A DNA stretch of 64,000 nt. It comes from a virus (lineage: Duplodnaviria; Caudoviricetes). The DNA is taken from IMG/VR virus record IMGVR_UViG_3300028886_000003, positions 1-64,000 of that record. One strand, 5' to 3'. Positions 1 to 9,968 of the stretch are shown piece after piece. Positions within the stretch are counted from its first letter, which is position 1, and each line of letters starts with the position of its first letter. The notes beneath the pieces are model-generated. The model did not search any database. It was not told where the DNA came from and was given only the letters and a program-made list of their open reading frames with translations. Position numbers and translations under genes: made by a program.

Positions 1-2
1 CT

Positions 3-3000
3 AGAAAAACAGTTATTGATTTAGGTGATGAATATAGAGAAAAATTTGCTGGAAACAAAAAAGAAGGACCAACGTTTTATGGCTCTGAAACAGGAGAACT
101 ATATACTGAGCCGCCTTGGGAACAAGAATATGATATGTCATATATGGCTAACATGGATATTCAAGGATATCATGATGTAAAAACATTAGGAAGTCATCAA
201 CAATTATCAGGTTATAAAAAAGGAGAGCAAAGTGTTAATAAAATTAAAAATATGCTTCTTGATAGTGCTACTAATGTTGTTGACCGTATATATAATTGGG
301 CAGGAGAATCAGACAGTAGTGAAAATGTCAATAAAATTGATAATTTTACTAATCGTATTTCCAACACTACAGAAATATTAAAAGGATTTTCATCTTATAT
401 GCAAGATACCAGTGAAGTGTTCCCACCATTAATTGGAGCTGTTGTAGCTTTAGAAGGTGTAATTAATGGTTTATCAATGGTTGAAAGTGGAGGTAGTGCA
501 ATAAGTGGATTTTTAAATATTGCTAACAAAATTGGAAATGAAGATAATCCTTTAGAAATATTTGGGCAAACTATTGAAGAAGACTCAAATATTGCAAAAT
601 TATTAATATCTGCTTCATCAACTTTAAACACTGTAATGTCAAGTATATTATCATTTGTTGAAGCATTTTTAGGTCCATTAATTTTAATAGCAGGGGCCTT
701 AGCTGCAACAAAAATAGCATTAGATTGGTCTTACCAATCACATGAAAAATATCTTAAATCATTAGAAGAAGAACAAAAAGCTAAAAGATCAAAAGCAAAA
801 GGATTACAATCAATTAATGAAAATGCTCAAAAAGCAGCAAGAGAAAATACAGCCCCAAGACAACAAGATAGACTAAACAGAAATGCACAATTAGCACAAA
901 CACAAGTTGATAACGCTAACATGACAAGAACACATGGTGCTATAGAACTAACACAAGCTAAAAATGATACATTATGGGGAGATTATGGAATTGCATCAGG
1001 CTTAGGAAAAATATCCGGAAATTATGAATCAACCGCACAAGAATATGAAGGAACAACAGAACAAATACGTAAAATCAAAGAAGAAACTCTAGCAAATCCA
1101 TTTGCTACTGATGCTATGAAACAATCTGCCGCATACTACGATGCTAACCAATTAACTTTCGGTATAATAGATGAATATAAAGATGAATTAGGTAAATTAT
1201 ATGATTCCGAAACAAGTGCAATGTTAAAATACAAAAGCGATGATGTAAGAGAGTCACCTGAGTTCCAAAAAGCATTAGATGATTTTGTAGAAGCAACAGG
1301 TATTACAAGAGATCATGCAAAACAATATTTAGACTATATGCAAACAGAACATGAAGTTGATAAAGCTACACAAAGTATGCAAGCACAAGCTGATCAAATT
1401 TCAGCAAGTACAGAATTAAAAGTACAAGCTATAGCATTTGGAGGTAACCCAGCCGATGTATTAGGTTTAAATGGTATTGAAGCACAACAAGATTCAATGA
1501 TAAAAGCACAAGCAGATATGATTAAATTAGAATTATCAGGTCAATTATGGTGGAAAGCTGTATGGGCAACAATTAGTTCACCATTTAAATTATTACTATC
1601 TCCATTATTAGTAATTACCGATTTATTAGGAGCTATATGGTCATTAATGACAGGTAATTGGAGTGATGCATTCGAAAAAGGTGGCAGAGCTGGATCAAGA
1701 TTAAATGTATTCGGAGAAGCAGCCACATATTGGGGTGCGTGGGCTGATGTAGAAAGTACAGACTTTAATGCTATAGGACAAGGAGCAACTGATAGTTATA
1801 ATAGGGCTAATTATGGAAATGTACAACAACCTGCTTCGGGTGGATACCATCCGACTCATTTCGTAAATGCAAACACTGGAGAAGACAGAAGAGAAGGACG
1901 TGCTGCATCAAATAGTTTTAACTTTAATGGAGGTGGAGGTAATGGTCCATCAGGAAATGTTGGAGTAGGAAGCTCATCACATAAAGGAAGTTATCATTTT
2001 GTTAATGGTTCACCAAGTCAGCCAATGGAAAGCGCTAATCCACTAACCAGTGGTGGAGGTATTTTAAGCGGTATAGCATCTGCTTTAAGTACAATAATCG
2101 GTATTTTAACCACAGGATTATTAGCTGGTGGAGGTATATATGGTATTTATAAATTCTTAAAATCTGACTTATCATTAAAAGATCTTGGAGGAGGAATACT
2201 AAAAGCTATCACCGGTGAAGGTAGTGATATATTTAGTGGTATGTTCAAAGAAGGAACATGGTTAGGTAAAATTAAAGATAAATTATTACCTAATTTTGAT
2301 GGAATATTTAAGGAAGGAACATTACTTGGTAAATTAAAAGATAAAGTTGCACCTCATTTAGGTGGTGTAAAAGAATCATATGATATTCGTAAAGATCAAA
2401 TAAAAGATTTCTTTAAAATTGGTACTGGCGAAGAAGGAGCAAAAGATATATTTGGCAATTTAAAAGATCGTATCTCTGGAATCAAAGATCACTTTGAAGA
2501 ACTGCCTGATGATTCTATTCAAGGACGTATATATAATAAGATTAGTAATAAAACTGGAGGCATATTAAGAGATGCTGAAGCATATAACAATATCGATCCT
2601 AATGGTGGAAATTATCCTACACATATAAAAGAAGCAATGGAAAAATCACGTGAAAATACATCATTTTCTACAAAAATGGTTGCAAAAGGATTACGTGTTA
2701 AAGATTCATTAAATAAATGGAAAGACTATGGAATTGATAAAGCACAAGGATTTATGGCTGGTAGAATTCAAAAAGATGATGAATATCAAAAATATAGTAA
2801 GTCTAAGCGTAGTCATTTAAATAAAGATCAGCAAAATTATTTAGTAGATAAATATTTAGATAAAGATGAATTTGATGAAAGTAATTTTGGATCAAGTAAA
2901 CAAAGAAGTAAGGCCATTAGAAATAAATTAGATGATATGGGCAAATGGAATGAAGCTAGTACTGATTTATATGCTAATGAAAATGGTGGATATGCTCAAG

Positions 3001-5639
3001 CAATGGGTAAAAGTATTATTAATAGATATACAAAACCTTGGAGAGAATATGGTGAAAAACAATATGGTAATTTAAAACAAAAAGCACAAGAATATAATGA
3101 AAATCCTACAGAAGATGCTTCTATGCCTGTAAAAGTTATGGCAAAAGGAATGCAAATCAAAGAAGCTGTTGAAGATCCTGACAAAATGATTGATATGGTA
3201 AAAGGATATGCTAATAAATATATTGATATGCAAGGTGAAGGATCTACATTAGGTAAATATAGAGAGAAATATCAAAAAGGTAAAGAAATTTTATCTGATC
3301 CAGCAAAAGCGGAAGAATGGGCTACTAACAAATACCAAGAAATAAAAGAAGACCCAGCATTGCAAGAAGAATATGATTGGTATAAACAAGGAGGGGCAAT
3401 GCGATTTGGTGATTTATCAAAAGAAAATAAAGTTAGAGCTATCGGAGATAAAATAAGTGAAGTAAAACAAAACACCTTTGGAATGGAAGAAGGGGAATCT
3501 GTCAGAGATATGTTACAGAATCCAGAACGTACAATGGAAGTATTAAAAACTGGATTTGAAAATATGCGTGAAAATGGTGTCATGGAATCATTAGGATTAG
3601 ATGAAGATTTCGGCATTATGGACGCTACAAAAGAAAAAATTTCAGGAATATTTGACCAAGTTAAAGAAGGTATAACTGATGGTATTGACGAAGATGATGA
3701 AAATGCTAGTTTCATCGATAAAGCTAAAAAGAAAATTGCAGGATTCTTTGGCTGGACAAAAGATGAACCTGAAGATAATAAGGATGCACTAAAAGAAGAA
3801 ATGGATTGGTACAAAGCAGGAGAACTTAATTATTCTGACTTAGAATATGAAAATAAAATAAAAGGTATTGATCCTACTTTAGAAAGGGATACATTCGGTG
3901 CGAAAAATGACTCATATTATGCTGATCCTAATGGAGAAGAAAGTCCTTTAAGAAAAATGACACGTAAATTAGCTAATGTTGAAACAGAAGATACAACTGA
4001 AGAAGAAGGAGAAGAAAAAGGTGGAATAATTCATAAATTAAAACGTAAAGTGTCAGGTATAAGAAAGTCTAAAAAAGATGATGATACTGAAGAGTCAGAA
4101 TCTTCATCAGATGATGATAAAAAAGAATCAAAAGGTATATTCCGTGGTGTTTTCGATACACTTAAACAGGCTCATCAAATAGATAAAAATCCTATTAAAG
4201 AAGAAATGAAAATGAATAAAGAGGCAGTAAAAAATGTTGTAACAGGAAAAGCATTTGATGTACAACAAAAACCTGATGTTGAAGGAGCTATGGCACAAAA
4301 ACAAATGAAAGTACCTAGTACTGCACAAAGTACTAAGCCAGTATTTAAAGAAGAACAACCTGGTGCAGCAACATCTTCACCATCTATTATGAAGATTAAT
4401 GAGGGTAGTAGTGTTGGTCATGCTAGCCAAAGAATAATGAGTGGAGAAGACCCTACTGATGTGGCGCTCGATACTGTTAAAGAAAAATTAACAGGAGGAG
4501 AAGGAGGAGTAAAAGGAGCTAACAATGCATTGAAAAAGACAGGTAAAATAACATCTAAAGTAGGAGAAATGGCTAAAGGTAAAGGGGGTAAAATTGGAAA
4601 AGTTGGAAATGTCTTAGAAAAAGTAGGAGGAGGAGCATCTAAAGCTGGTAATAAAGGTGTAACTAATGTTGCTAAAAGTGGTTTAGGAAAAGTAGCGAAA
4701 AGTGGAGTAGGAAAGGCTGCAAAAAGTGGTTTAGGTAAAGTGGCAAAAGGAGGAATAGGTAAAGCAGCGAAAGGAGGTTTGGGTAAAGTTGCTGGTAAAG
4801 TAGGGGGCAAAGTATTGGGTAAAGTTGGAGGAAAAATTGCTGGTAAAGTAGGAGCACAAGTAGCCTCAAAAGTACTTGCAGGTGGATTAGCTGCTACAGG
4901 AGTTGGTGCGCCATTAGCTGCAATTATGGCATCACCAATAGGAGGATTTTTAATGGAAGGTGCTATGGACTTAGGTGGAAAAGCATTAGGTGCTGTAGGA
5001 GGCGCTGTAGGTAATATAGGTAAAGCAATAGGAGGCTTCTTAGGCTTTGGACCTAAAAAAGCTAACAACCCTAGTGGTGGAATGAACCCATTAATGATGG
5101 CTTCACCATTAGGTGCTTTAGGAGCAATGGCTGGTGGCATAGGCTCAATGCTAGGAGGAGGAGGTGGTGGTAGTCCAATGGGTGCTGGTGTCGGAGGAGC
5201 TCCAGGTATGGGAGGTCCATTAGCTATGATGGCATCTCCATTAATGATGGGAGTTGGTTTATTAGGATCTATATTTAAAACTAATAAAGATCAAAAGAAT
5301 CAAAGTGCTGGTATTGGAGATATTGCAAAACGTATTCTTAAGAATATTGTTGATGGAAATAAAGGAGAATCCGGTGGTGGAAATGGAGGTAGTATAAAAA
5401 TACAAAATATTAATATTAATACCGCTGATGATCCTGAAGCAATTAAAGCAATGTTCTTAGAATTATTAATAGAATTGCAAGAACAAGTTAATCCTAGACT
5501 TGTATCAAGAACTGCTGGTAAACCTCCGGCTTCAAATGATACAAGTTCTACTGATACAAGTACAGAAACTGAAGATCAGACAGCAAATGAAAATAATACA
5601 GATACATCACAAACAAATTCAAATCAACAACAAAATTAG
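3..5639 (+). CDS. Tail tape measure protein (5'-truncated; frame is open from base 3)
   Basis: More than 1870 aa, helical and Ala/Gly-rich with hydrophobic segments and a C-terminal 'IKIQNININT' strand. It lies immediately upstream of the tail-tip genes, and there is no in-frame stop between base 3 and the ATG at 135. Confidence 0.8.
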   Translation, partial: RKTVIDLGDEYREKFAGNKKEGPTFYGSETGELYTEPPWEQEYDMSYMANMDIQGYHDVKTLGSHQQLSGYKKGEQSVNKIKNMLLDSATNVVDRIYNWAGESDSSENVNKIDNFTNRISNTTEILKGFSSYMQDTSEVFPPLIGAVVALEGVINGLSMVESGGSAISGFLNIANKIGNEDNPLEIFGQTIEEDSNIAKLLISASSTLNTVMSSILSFVEAFLGPLILIAGALAATKIALDWSYQSHEKYLKSLEEEQKAKRSKAKGLQSINENAQKAARENTAPRQQDRLNRNAQLAQTQVDNANMTRTHGAIELTQAKNDTLWGDYGIASGLGKISGNYESTAQEYEGTTEQIRKIKEETLANPFATDAMKQSAAYYDANQLTFGIIDEYKDELGKLYDSETSAMLKYKSDDVRESPEFQKALDDFVEATGITRDHAKQYLDYMQTEHEVDKATQSMQAQADQISASTELKVQAIAFGGNPADVLGLNGIEAQQDSMIKAQADMIKLELSGQLWWKAVWATISSPFKLLLSPLLVITDLLGAIWSLMTGNWSDAFEKGGRAGSRLNVFGEAATYWGAWADVESTDFNAIGQGATDSYNRANYGNVQQPASGGYHPTHFVNANTGEDRREGRAASNSFNFNGGGGNGPSGNVGVGSSSHKGSYHFVNGSPSQPMESANPLTSGGGILSGIASALSTIIGILTTGLLAGGGIYGIYKFLKSDLSLKDLGGGILKAITGEGSDIFSGMFKEGTWLGKIKDKLLPNFDGIFKEGTLLGKLKDKVAPHLGGVKESYDIRKDQIKDFFKIGTGEEGAKDIFGNLKDRISGIKDHFEELPDDSIQGRIYNKISNKTGGILRDAEAYNNIDPNGGNYPTHIKEAMEKSRENTSFSTKMVAKGLRVKDSLNKWKDYGIDKAQGFMAGRIQKDDEYQKYSKSKRSHLNKDQQNYLVDKYLDKDEFDESNFGSSKQRSKAIRNKLDDMGKWNEASTDLYANENGGYAQAMGKSIINRYTKPWREYGEKQYGNLKQKAQEYNENPTEDASMPVKVMAKGMQIKEAVEDPDKMIDMVKGYANKYIDMQGEGSTLGKYREKYQKGKEILSDPAKAEEWATNKYQEIKEDPALQEEYDWYKQGGAMRFGDLSKENKVRAIGDKISEVKQNTFGMEEGESVRDMLQNPERTMEVLKTGFENMRENGVMESLGLDEDFGIMDATKEKISGIFDQVKEGITDGIDEDDENASFIDKAKKKIAGFFGWTKDEPEDNKDALKEEMDWYKAGELNYSDLEYENKIKGIDPTLERDTFGAKNDSYYADPNGEESPLRKMTRKLANVETEDTTEEEGEEKGGIIHKLKRKVSGIRKSKKDDDTEESESSSDDDKKESKGIFRGVFDTLKQAHQIDKNPIKEEMKMNKEAVKNVVTGKAFDVQQKPDVEGAMAQKQMKVPSTAQSTKPVFKEEQPGAATSSPSIMKINEGSSVGHASQRIMSGEDPTDVALDTVKEKLTGGEGGVKGANNALKKTGKITSKVGEMAKGKGGKIGKVGNVLEKVGGGASKAGNKGVTNVAKSGLGKVAKSGVGKAAKSGLGKVAKGGIGKAAKGGLGKVAGKVGGKVLGKVGGKIAGKVGAQVASKVLAGGLAATGVGAPLAAIMASPIGGFLMEGAMDLGGKALGAVGGAVGNIGKAIGGFLGFGPKKANNPSGGMNPLMMASPLGALGAMAGGIGSMLGGGGGGSPMGAGVGGAPGMGGPLAMMASPLMMGVGLLGSIFKTNKDQKNQSAGIGDIAKRILKNIVDGNKGESGGGNGGSIKIQNININTADDPEAIKAMFLELLIELQEQVNPRLVSRTAGKPPASNDTSSTDTSTETEDQTANENNTDTSQTNSNQQQN
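4670..4860 (+). repeat. Degenerate 24-bp/12-bp coding tandem repeat (KSGLGKVA / GKVG units) in the TMP
   Basis: Translation reads AKSGLGKVAKSGVGKAAKSGLGKVAKGGIGKAAKGGLGKVAGKVGGKVLGKVGGKIAGKVG. Confidence 0.85.
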
Positions 5640-5650
5640 AGGTTATTAAA

Positions 5651-6595
5651 ATGGGAAATGAAGGCGGATCATATATGGCAAATGGCTCAGCAAATGAAGC
5701 ATGGAATGGTACAGATGCATACGATCTATTACACCTTGGAGGAGCTTTAAGTGGATTAACAGGTGTTGGAAGTGGTGCAGAAGAGTTTGAACGTATGAAA
5801 CAATGGGATAGAATGGGTGGTATGATGAAAATTGAACCTGTAATGAAAAAACAAAATTTTCAAAATACCACAGTAGCATATATTGCTAATGGTTTACCTT
5901 ACCCACAAATACAACGTGTACCTATTCAAAGTGCCAAAATTACTCCTCATCAAATTTCATTCGATTTCTTTGATACATCAGAAGGAAAAGTTGGTGTTTC
6001 AAATGCATCAGAAAAACATATGATACTTGAATGTGATATATTAGTAAGTGATATTATTTATTTTATGTGGAATCACGCAGGATCACAAAATGCAGGACAT
6101 ATTGGTGGATTTGATGGAACTGGAGGAATGGGAGCTTATACAGGAATGAGATTTTTCAAGCAACAAGAAGAAGCTGTTAATAGTCTTATTGATGCTTGTA
6201 GTAAAGGAAAACAAAGTAGTGAATATGAAAAAGGTATTTATAATAAAAATGGTGAAGGATTAGGAAATTGGTTAGCAAGTAATCTTAATCCTTGGAATCG
6301 TACAGTAAATGATTTTCAAGAAACACAAGCTTTTATTGATTTCAGAAACACCTTTTTACAACAATTTAGTGGGTGGGTCTGCAAATTTACAAGTGAAGTA
6401 TTCGGTGTTTTTGACGGAGTAATGACTGACATTAGTTATGAAATTGAAGATGGTTTTTTAGATGCAAAATGGCATTTAAAAGTACAAGAGGCAATATTTA
6501 CAGAAGATTATAGTGAAGATGGAAAAAAACCCCAAGAAACAAGTGAAGGATCACAGGATGATTCCGGATCTATTCAGGCTGAGTCAAATGATTAA
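5651..6595 (+). CDS. Putative tail-tube initiator / distal-tail-like protein
   Basis: Directly follows the TMP, has an AGAGG RBS, and ends in the beta pattern 'FGVFDGVMTDISYE...WHLKVQE'. Function is inferred from position. Confidence 0.45.
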   Translation: MGNEGGSYMANGSANEAWNGTDAYDLLHLGGALSGLTGVGSGAEEFERMKQWDRMGGMMKIEPVMKKQNFQNTTVAYIANGLPYPQIQRVPIQSAKITPHQISFDFFDTSEGKVGVSNASEKHMILECDILVSDIIYFMWNHAGSQNAGHIGGFDGTGGMGAYTGMRFFKQQEEAVNSLIDACSKGKQSSEYEKGIYNKNGEGLGNWLASNLNPWNRTVNDFQETQAFIDFRNTFLQQFSGWVCKFTSEVFGVFDGVMTDISYEIEDGFLDAKWHLKVQEAIFTEDYSEDGKKPQETSEGSQDDSGSIQAESND

Positions 6596-8060
6596 TAGAA
6601 CTAGAGTGTCAGATAGTATATATAAAATACTTGATGAAGATCCAAAAGAAATTAATAAATATATAGAAGCTGAGGCTAAGAAAAAGCCTGAGCAAAAAGA
6701 GAAAGAAAAAGAAGCTAGAAATAAAAAGAGTAGTATTGAAGATGTTAATTTAAATGAAAATCTTAATAATCAAGAAAGTGAACCATCTAATCAGGTAATT
6801 ATACACACCGAAGCAGATAATTTAGTTCATAATTATTTTCATTTCTTTAATATGTATTGGGACTCTAAAGATCCATTATCAAGTGCTATACTTAAATTAC
6901 CTAAAACAGATACAGGAAACACTAAGTATTGGATTACATATACAGGTGAAATAACTATTTATTTAGGTAGTGATATTAAGAAAAAGCAAGAACAAACAAC
7001 AAATGATAAAAATAATACTACATCTAGTGAAACATATTGGGGATTACAAGGTGCACAACCAATATTTAGAGGAGATATAGGAAGAATAAAAGAATTTAAT
7101 GATACATTAGAGATACATGTTGATTCAATAGGAAAAAGGTTTAAACAAAAAATACCTGATGAATTTAGACAAGCATTTATTAATAATCAAAATGTTAGAG
7201 ATGCTTTTCAAGCTATTTGTGAATTTCTTGGCGTGAAATACATATGTCCACCAGGAGCACCACCTGAGGAAGATGAAGGAACTGATGAAACTTCACCTGC
7301 TGATGGAACAGAAAATAATGTAAATGGGACTACTCAACAAGAACAACAATTGGCAAGTGCAGCAAGTCAACAAGCTGCAAGTGCAATTCAAAATGCATCA
7401 CAAAATAATACAAATGGTGATCAAAATAATCAAAGTACTGACCCTAATGCTCAAAATGCTAACACCGAAGATTCATTAAATGAAGATGGTGAGCAAAGTG
7501 ATATACAAAATGGTTATTCAGATATATCATTCGATGCAAATGGGTCAATTGTTCATGGTTCAACCGCAATTGAAACAAGCCCAGACATGGAAGACACTTT
7601 ATTAGCATTAGAAGAACACCCATTAGATAAGTACCTTGAAGACACAACATATGTTGCAACAGATGTAAAAAGATTTTTAGATGGAGAAATGTTCGATACA
7701 GTACATAATTCTGTTATGAACTATGATGCAATTACCATAGAACCTAAATCATCAGCATCATCAGAGATGTCAAGTGTAGGTGGAGGCGTAGCTGGCGGTG
7801 ATGCTAGCGGTGCAAATTCAGGAAATGGATCTCCAGAAGCTAATTCTGGTAATGTATCAGCTACAATTGGACGTCCGAATCTTGGTTTAAATGTTGATGT
7901 AAATGTTCATAATGGAGGAATATATTTATCAAATGAATATATTAATAGCCTTCCTCCTGCACAAGCTGGTGCAAAATTAAGATGTTGTGCTAGTAATTAT
8001 AATACATCTACACGTGCAAGACTTTTTAAAAGAAGCATAGGTGGATTTGCAACAGGGTGA
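6588..8060 (+). CDS. Baseplate hub-like protein, N-terminal half (paralog A)
   Basis: Contains 'PIFRGDIGRIKE...IHVDSIGKRFKQK...RDAFQAICEFLGV', like gp27/Mu gp44-type hubs. The start is probably the ATG at 6588 overlapping the upstream stop (the track gives 6513). Confidence 0.55.
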   Translation: MINRTRVSDSIYKILDEDPKEINKYIEAEAKKKPEQKEKEKEARNKKSSIEDVNLNENLNNQESEPSNQVIIHTEADNLVHNYFHFFNMYWDSKDPLSSAILKLPKTDTGNTKYWITYTGEITIYLGSDIKKKQEQTTNDKNNTTSSETYWGLQGAQPIFRGDIGRIKEFNDTLEIHVDSIGKRFKQKIPDEFRQAFINNQNVRDAFQAICEFLGVKYICPPGAPPEEDEGTDETSPADGTENNVNGTTQQEQQLASAASQQAASAIQNASQNNTNGDQNNQSTDPNAQNANTEDSLNEDGEQSDIQNGYSDISFDANGSIVHGSTAIETSPDMEDTLLALEEHPLDKYLEDTTYVATDVKRFLDGEMFDTVHNSVMNYDAITIEPKSSASSEMSSVGGGVAGGDASGANSGNGSPEANSGNVSATIGRPNLGLNVDVNVHNGGIYLSNEYINSLPPAQAGAKLRCCASNYNTSTRARLFKRSIGGFATG

Positions 8061-8066
8061 TTAAAT

Positions 8067-9968
8067 ATGCCGGATTCAGATCAACAAAATAATAATTCAG
8101 ATCAAAATAATACTAATAATTCTAATACACAAAATAGCACTAATCCAGCTGCTGGTGGAGGAAAAAAAATATGTTTTGGTGCTGATAATGGATGTAGACA
8201 AGAAGATTGTGCAAAAATACAAAAAGGATTAGAAGATTGTGGAAATACAGTAAAATTCACATGTATTGACCCAAACCAAGAAACACATATGAAGGGTAGT
8301 GGTGCTGATTTTAATGTGTTCTTTTGTAATGGTGTAGGGGCGGCAACAATGTGGAGTTTTAGGGATGCAATTAAATCAGGTTCACTACCGTATACTATTT
8401 TTGCATTTGTTACAGGTCCACCATATCATAATCCTAATGAACCTAATGGAACATTAGCAAGTATGGAAACAATACGTGCAGAACCATTTAAACCTGAACA
8501 TGATGCAGGACAATTTATGGATAGTGGTAGTGCCGCATCAATGGGAAAAGAAAAAGAAGGCGATGGAACATTAGGAGCATGGATTGATAAAAACTCACAA
8601 TATCTTGGATTATGTAGTGGGAATACTCCGGAAGAATTAGCCCAAAATATTTGCTCAGGTAGCTGTGGAGGAGGAAGTGGTACTGGTGGTGGCTCTTCAA
8701 GTGGTGGAAGCGCACAAGTAAAAGATAAAACTTTTGAAAACTGTATTAAAAGAATATGTGCCGCAACTGATTCAGTATTTTTAGTAGAAAATAATGCTGC
8801 TGTTTTATTTCCATACACAGATTGGATGGCATTTACATTACGTAGACAAGTAAATAAAATATCTGCCAAAGATATGGACCCTGATTTATTTGAAATTAAT
8901 TATAATACAGATGGTTTTTATAATAAAGTAACTGTAGTTTGGGGTGCTAGTGATGAAGATGTTGCAGCAGCTGATGAAAAAGTACGACAAATGCAAGAAG
9001 AAAAAATGAAAAGTGTTAAAGATAAAGCAAGAAGCAAAGGTAATACTAATGAAGATAATCAAAATAATCAACAAACTTCAAGTACAACTATTGGTAATGT
9101 AACTACAGTACAAAAAGTTATGCCTAGTGGTGGAACACAATTATCTGAACAATATGATCCATTAGTTAAAATATATGGTGAATTAGAAAAAAAAGTAACT
9201 ACTAATTTTCCTAATGAAGAAACAGCACATTTTGTAATGAATTCATTATTAATACAATATATACGTGATTTTAATAATAGTTGTAGAGTAAGAACTATTC
9301 ATAATCAAAAATTAATTGGTGGAACATTTTATGCTGTGGAAAATCCAAATAATAATGAAGTAGAATTATTTTATCTTAATGGATATACATTATTTAAAGA
9401 AAAGGATCAACCATTAGTCACAGATGTTGAATTTAAATATGGACCTGAAGGTGCAGAAGAAGTATTAGATTATCAAGCTTATGGTGGTGGAGGAGGTGGA
9501 AGCACTGGTGCAACAGATACATCATCAGAAGAGGCAATTTGGAAAGGAACACAAAAAGCATGTCATCAATGGACATGTGGAGATTTACGTACAGGTGAAT
9601 CAGATACACAAGATCCAAAAGTTGCAGAAGAATATTATAATAAAAATGTACAAGCTGGTAAAAAATTTTGTTTAACATGTTATGGTATGAGTGCTTGGCT
9701 ATATTATCAATTTAATTATAAAGCAAACATTCCTTGTCGAGTTATTGGAAATAGTGGACACCATGTTGTAGAATTATTTAAAAATAATGCGTGGTATAAA
9801 CCAACAAAAGAATATAGTAAATATTGCGAAGAAGGCTATCGTTATAATGATTTTTGTAAAGGTAATGCTCCTGTTCTTTTAGATGCACCAAATCCTCCAT
9901 CTGGAAGTAGTACTAATTCTAATCCTAGTGGTAATACTGCAGATCAATCTAATGGTGGTAATTCATAA
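8067..9968 (+). CDS. Baseplate hub C-terminal half fused to a transglutaminase-like (PeiW/PeiP-type) tail-associated lysin domain
   Basis: Hub-like segment 'TFENCIKRICAATDSVFLVENN...NKVTVVW...LVKIYGE'. The C-terminal 'CYGMSAWLY...GHHVVELFKNNAW' has a Cys-His pattern. Gly/Ser linkers separate the domains. Confidence 0.6.
   Translation: MPDSDQQNNNSDQNNTNNSNTQNSTNPAAGGGKKICFGADNGCRQEDCAKIQKGLEDCGNTVKFTCIDPNQETHMKGSGADFNVFFCNGVGAATMWSFRDAIKSGSLPYTIFAFVTGPPYHNPNEPNGTLASMETIRAEPFKPEHDAGQFMDSGSAASMGKEKEGDGTLGAWIDKNSQYLGLCSGNTPEELAQNICSGSCGGGSGTGGGSSSGGSAQVKDKTFENCIKRICAATDSVFLVENNAAVLFPYTDWMAFTLRRQVNKISAKDMDPDLFEINYNTDGFYNKVTVVWGASDEDVAAADEKVRQMQEEKMKSVKDKARSKGNTNEDNQNNQQTSSTTIGNVTTVQKVMPSGGTQLSEQYDPLVKIYGELEKKVTTNFPNEETAHFVMNSLLIQYIRDFNNSCRVRTIHNQKLIGGTFYAVENPNNNEVELFYLNGYTLFKEKDQPLVTDVEFKYGPEGAEEVLDYQAYGGGGGGSTGATDTSSEEAIWKGTQKACHQWTCGDLRTGESDTQDPKVAEEYYNKNVQAGKKFCLTCYGMSAWLYYQFNYKANIPCRVIGNSGHHVVELFKNNAWYKPTKEYSKYCEEGYRYNDFCKGNAPVLLDAPNPPSGSSTNSNPSGNTADQSNGGNS

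Noticed and set aside
3272-5140. Long minus-strand ORFs (3272..3814, 4418..5140)
   Set aside because: Antisense to the TMP. The Pro/Leu/Phe bias is the mirror of Gly/Lys codons.
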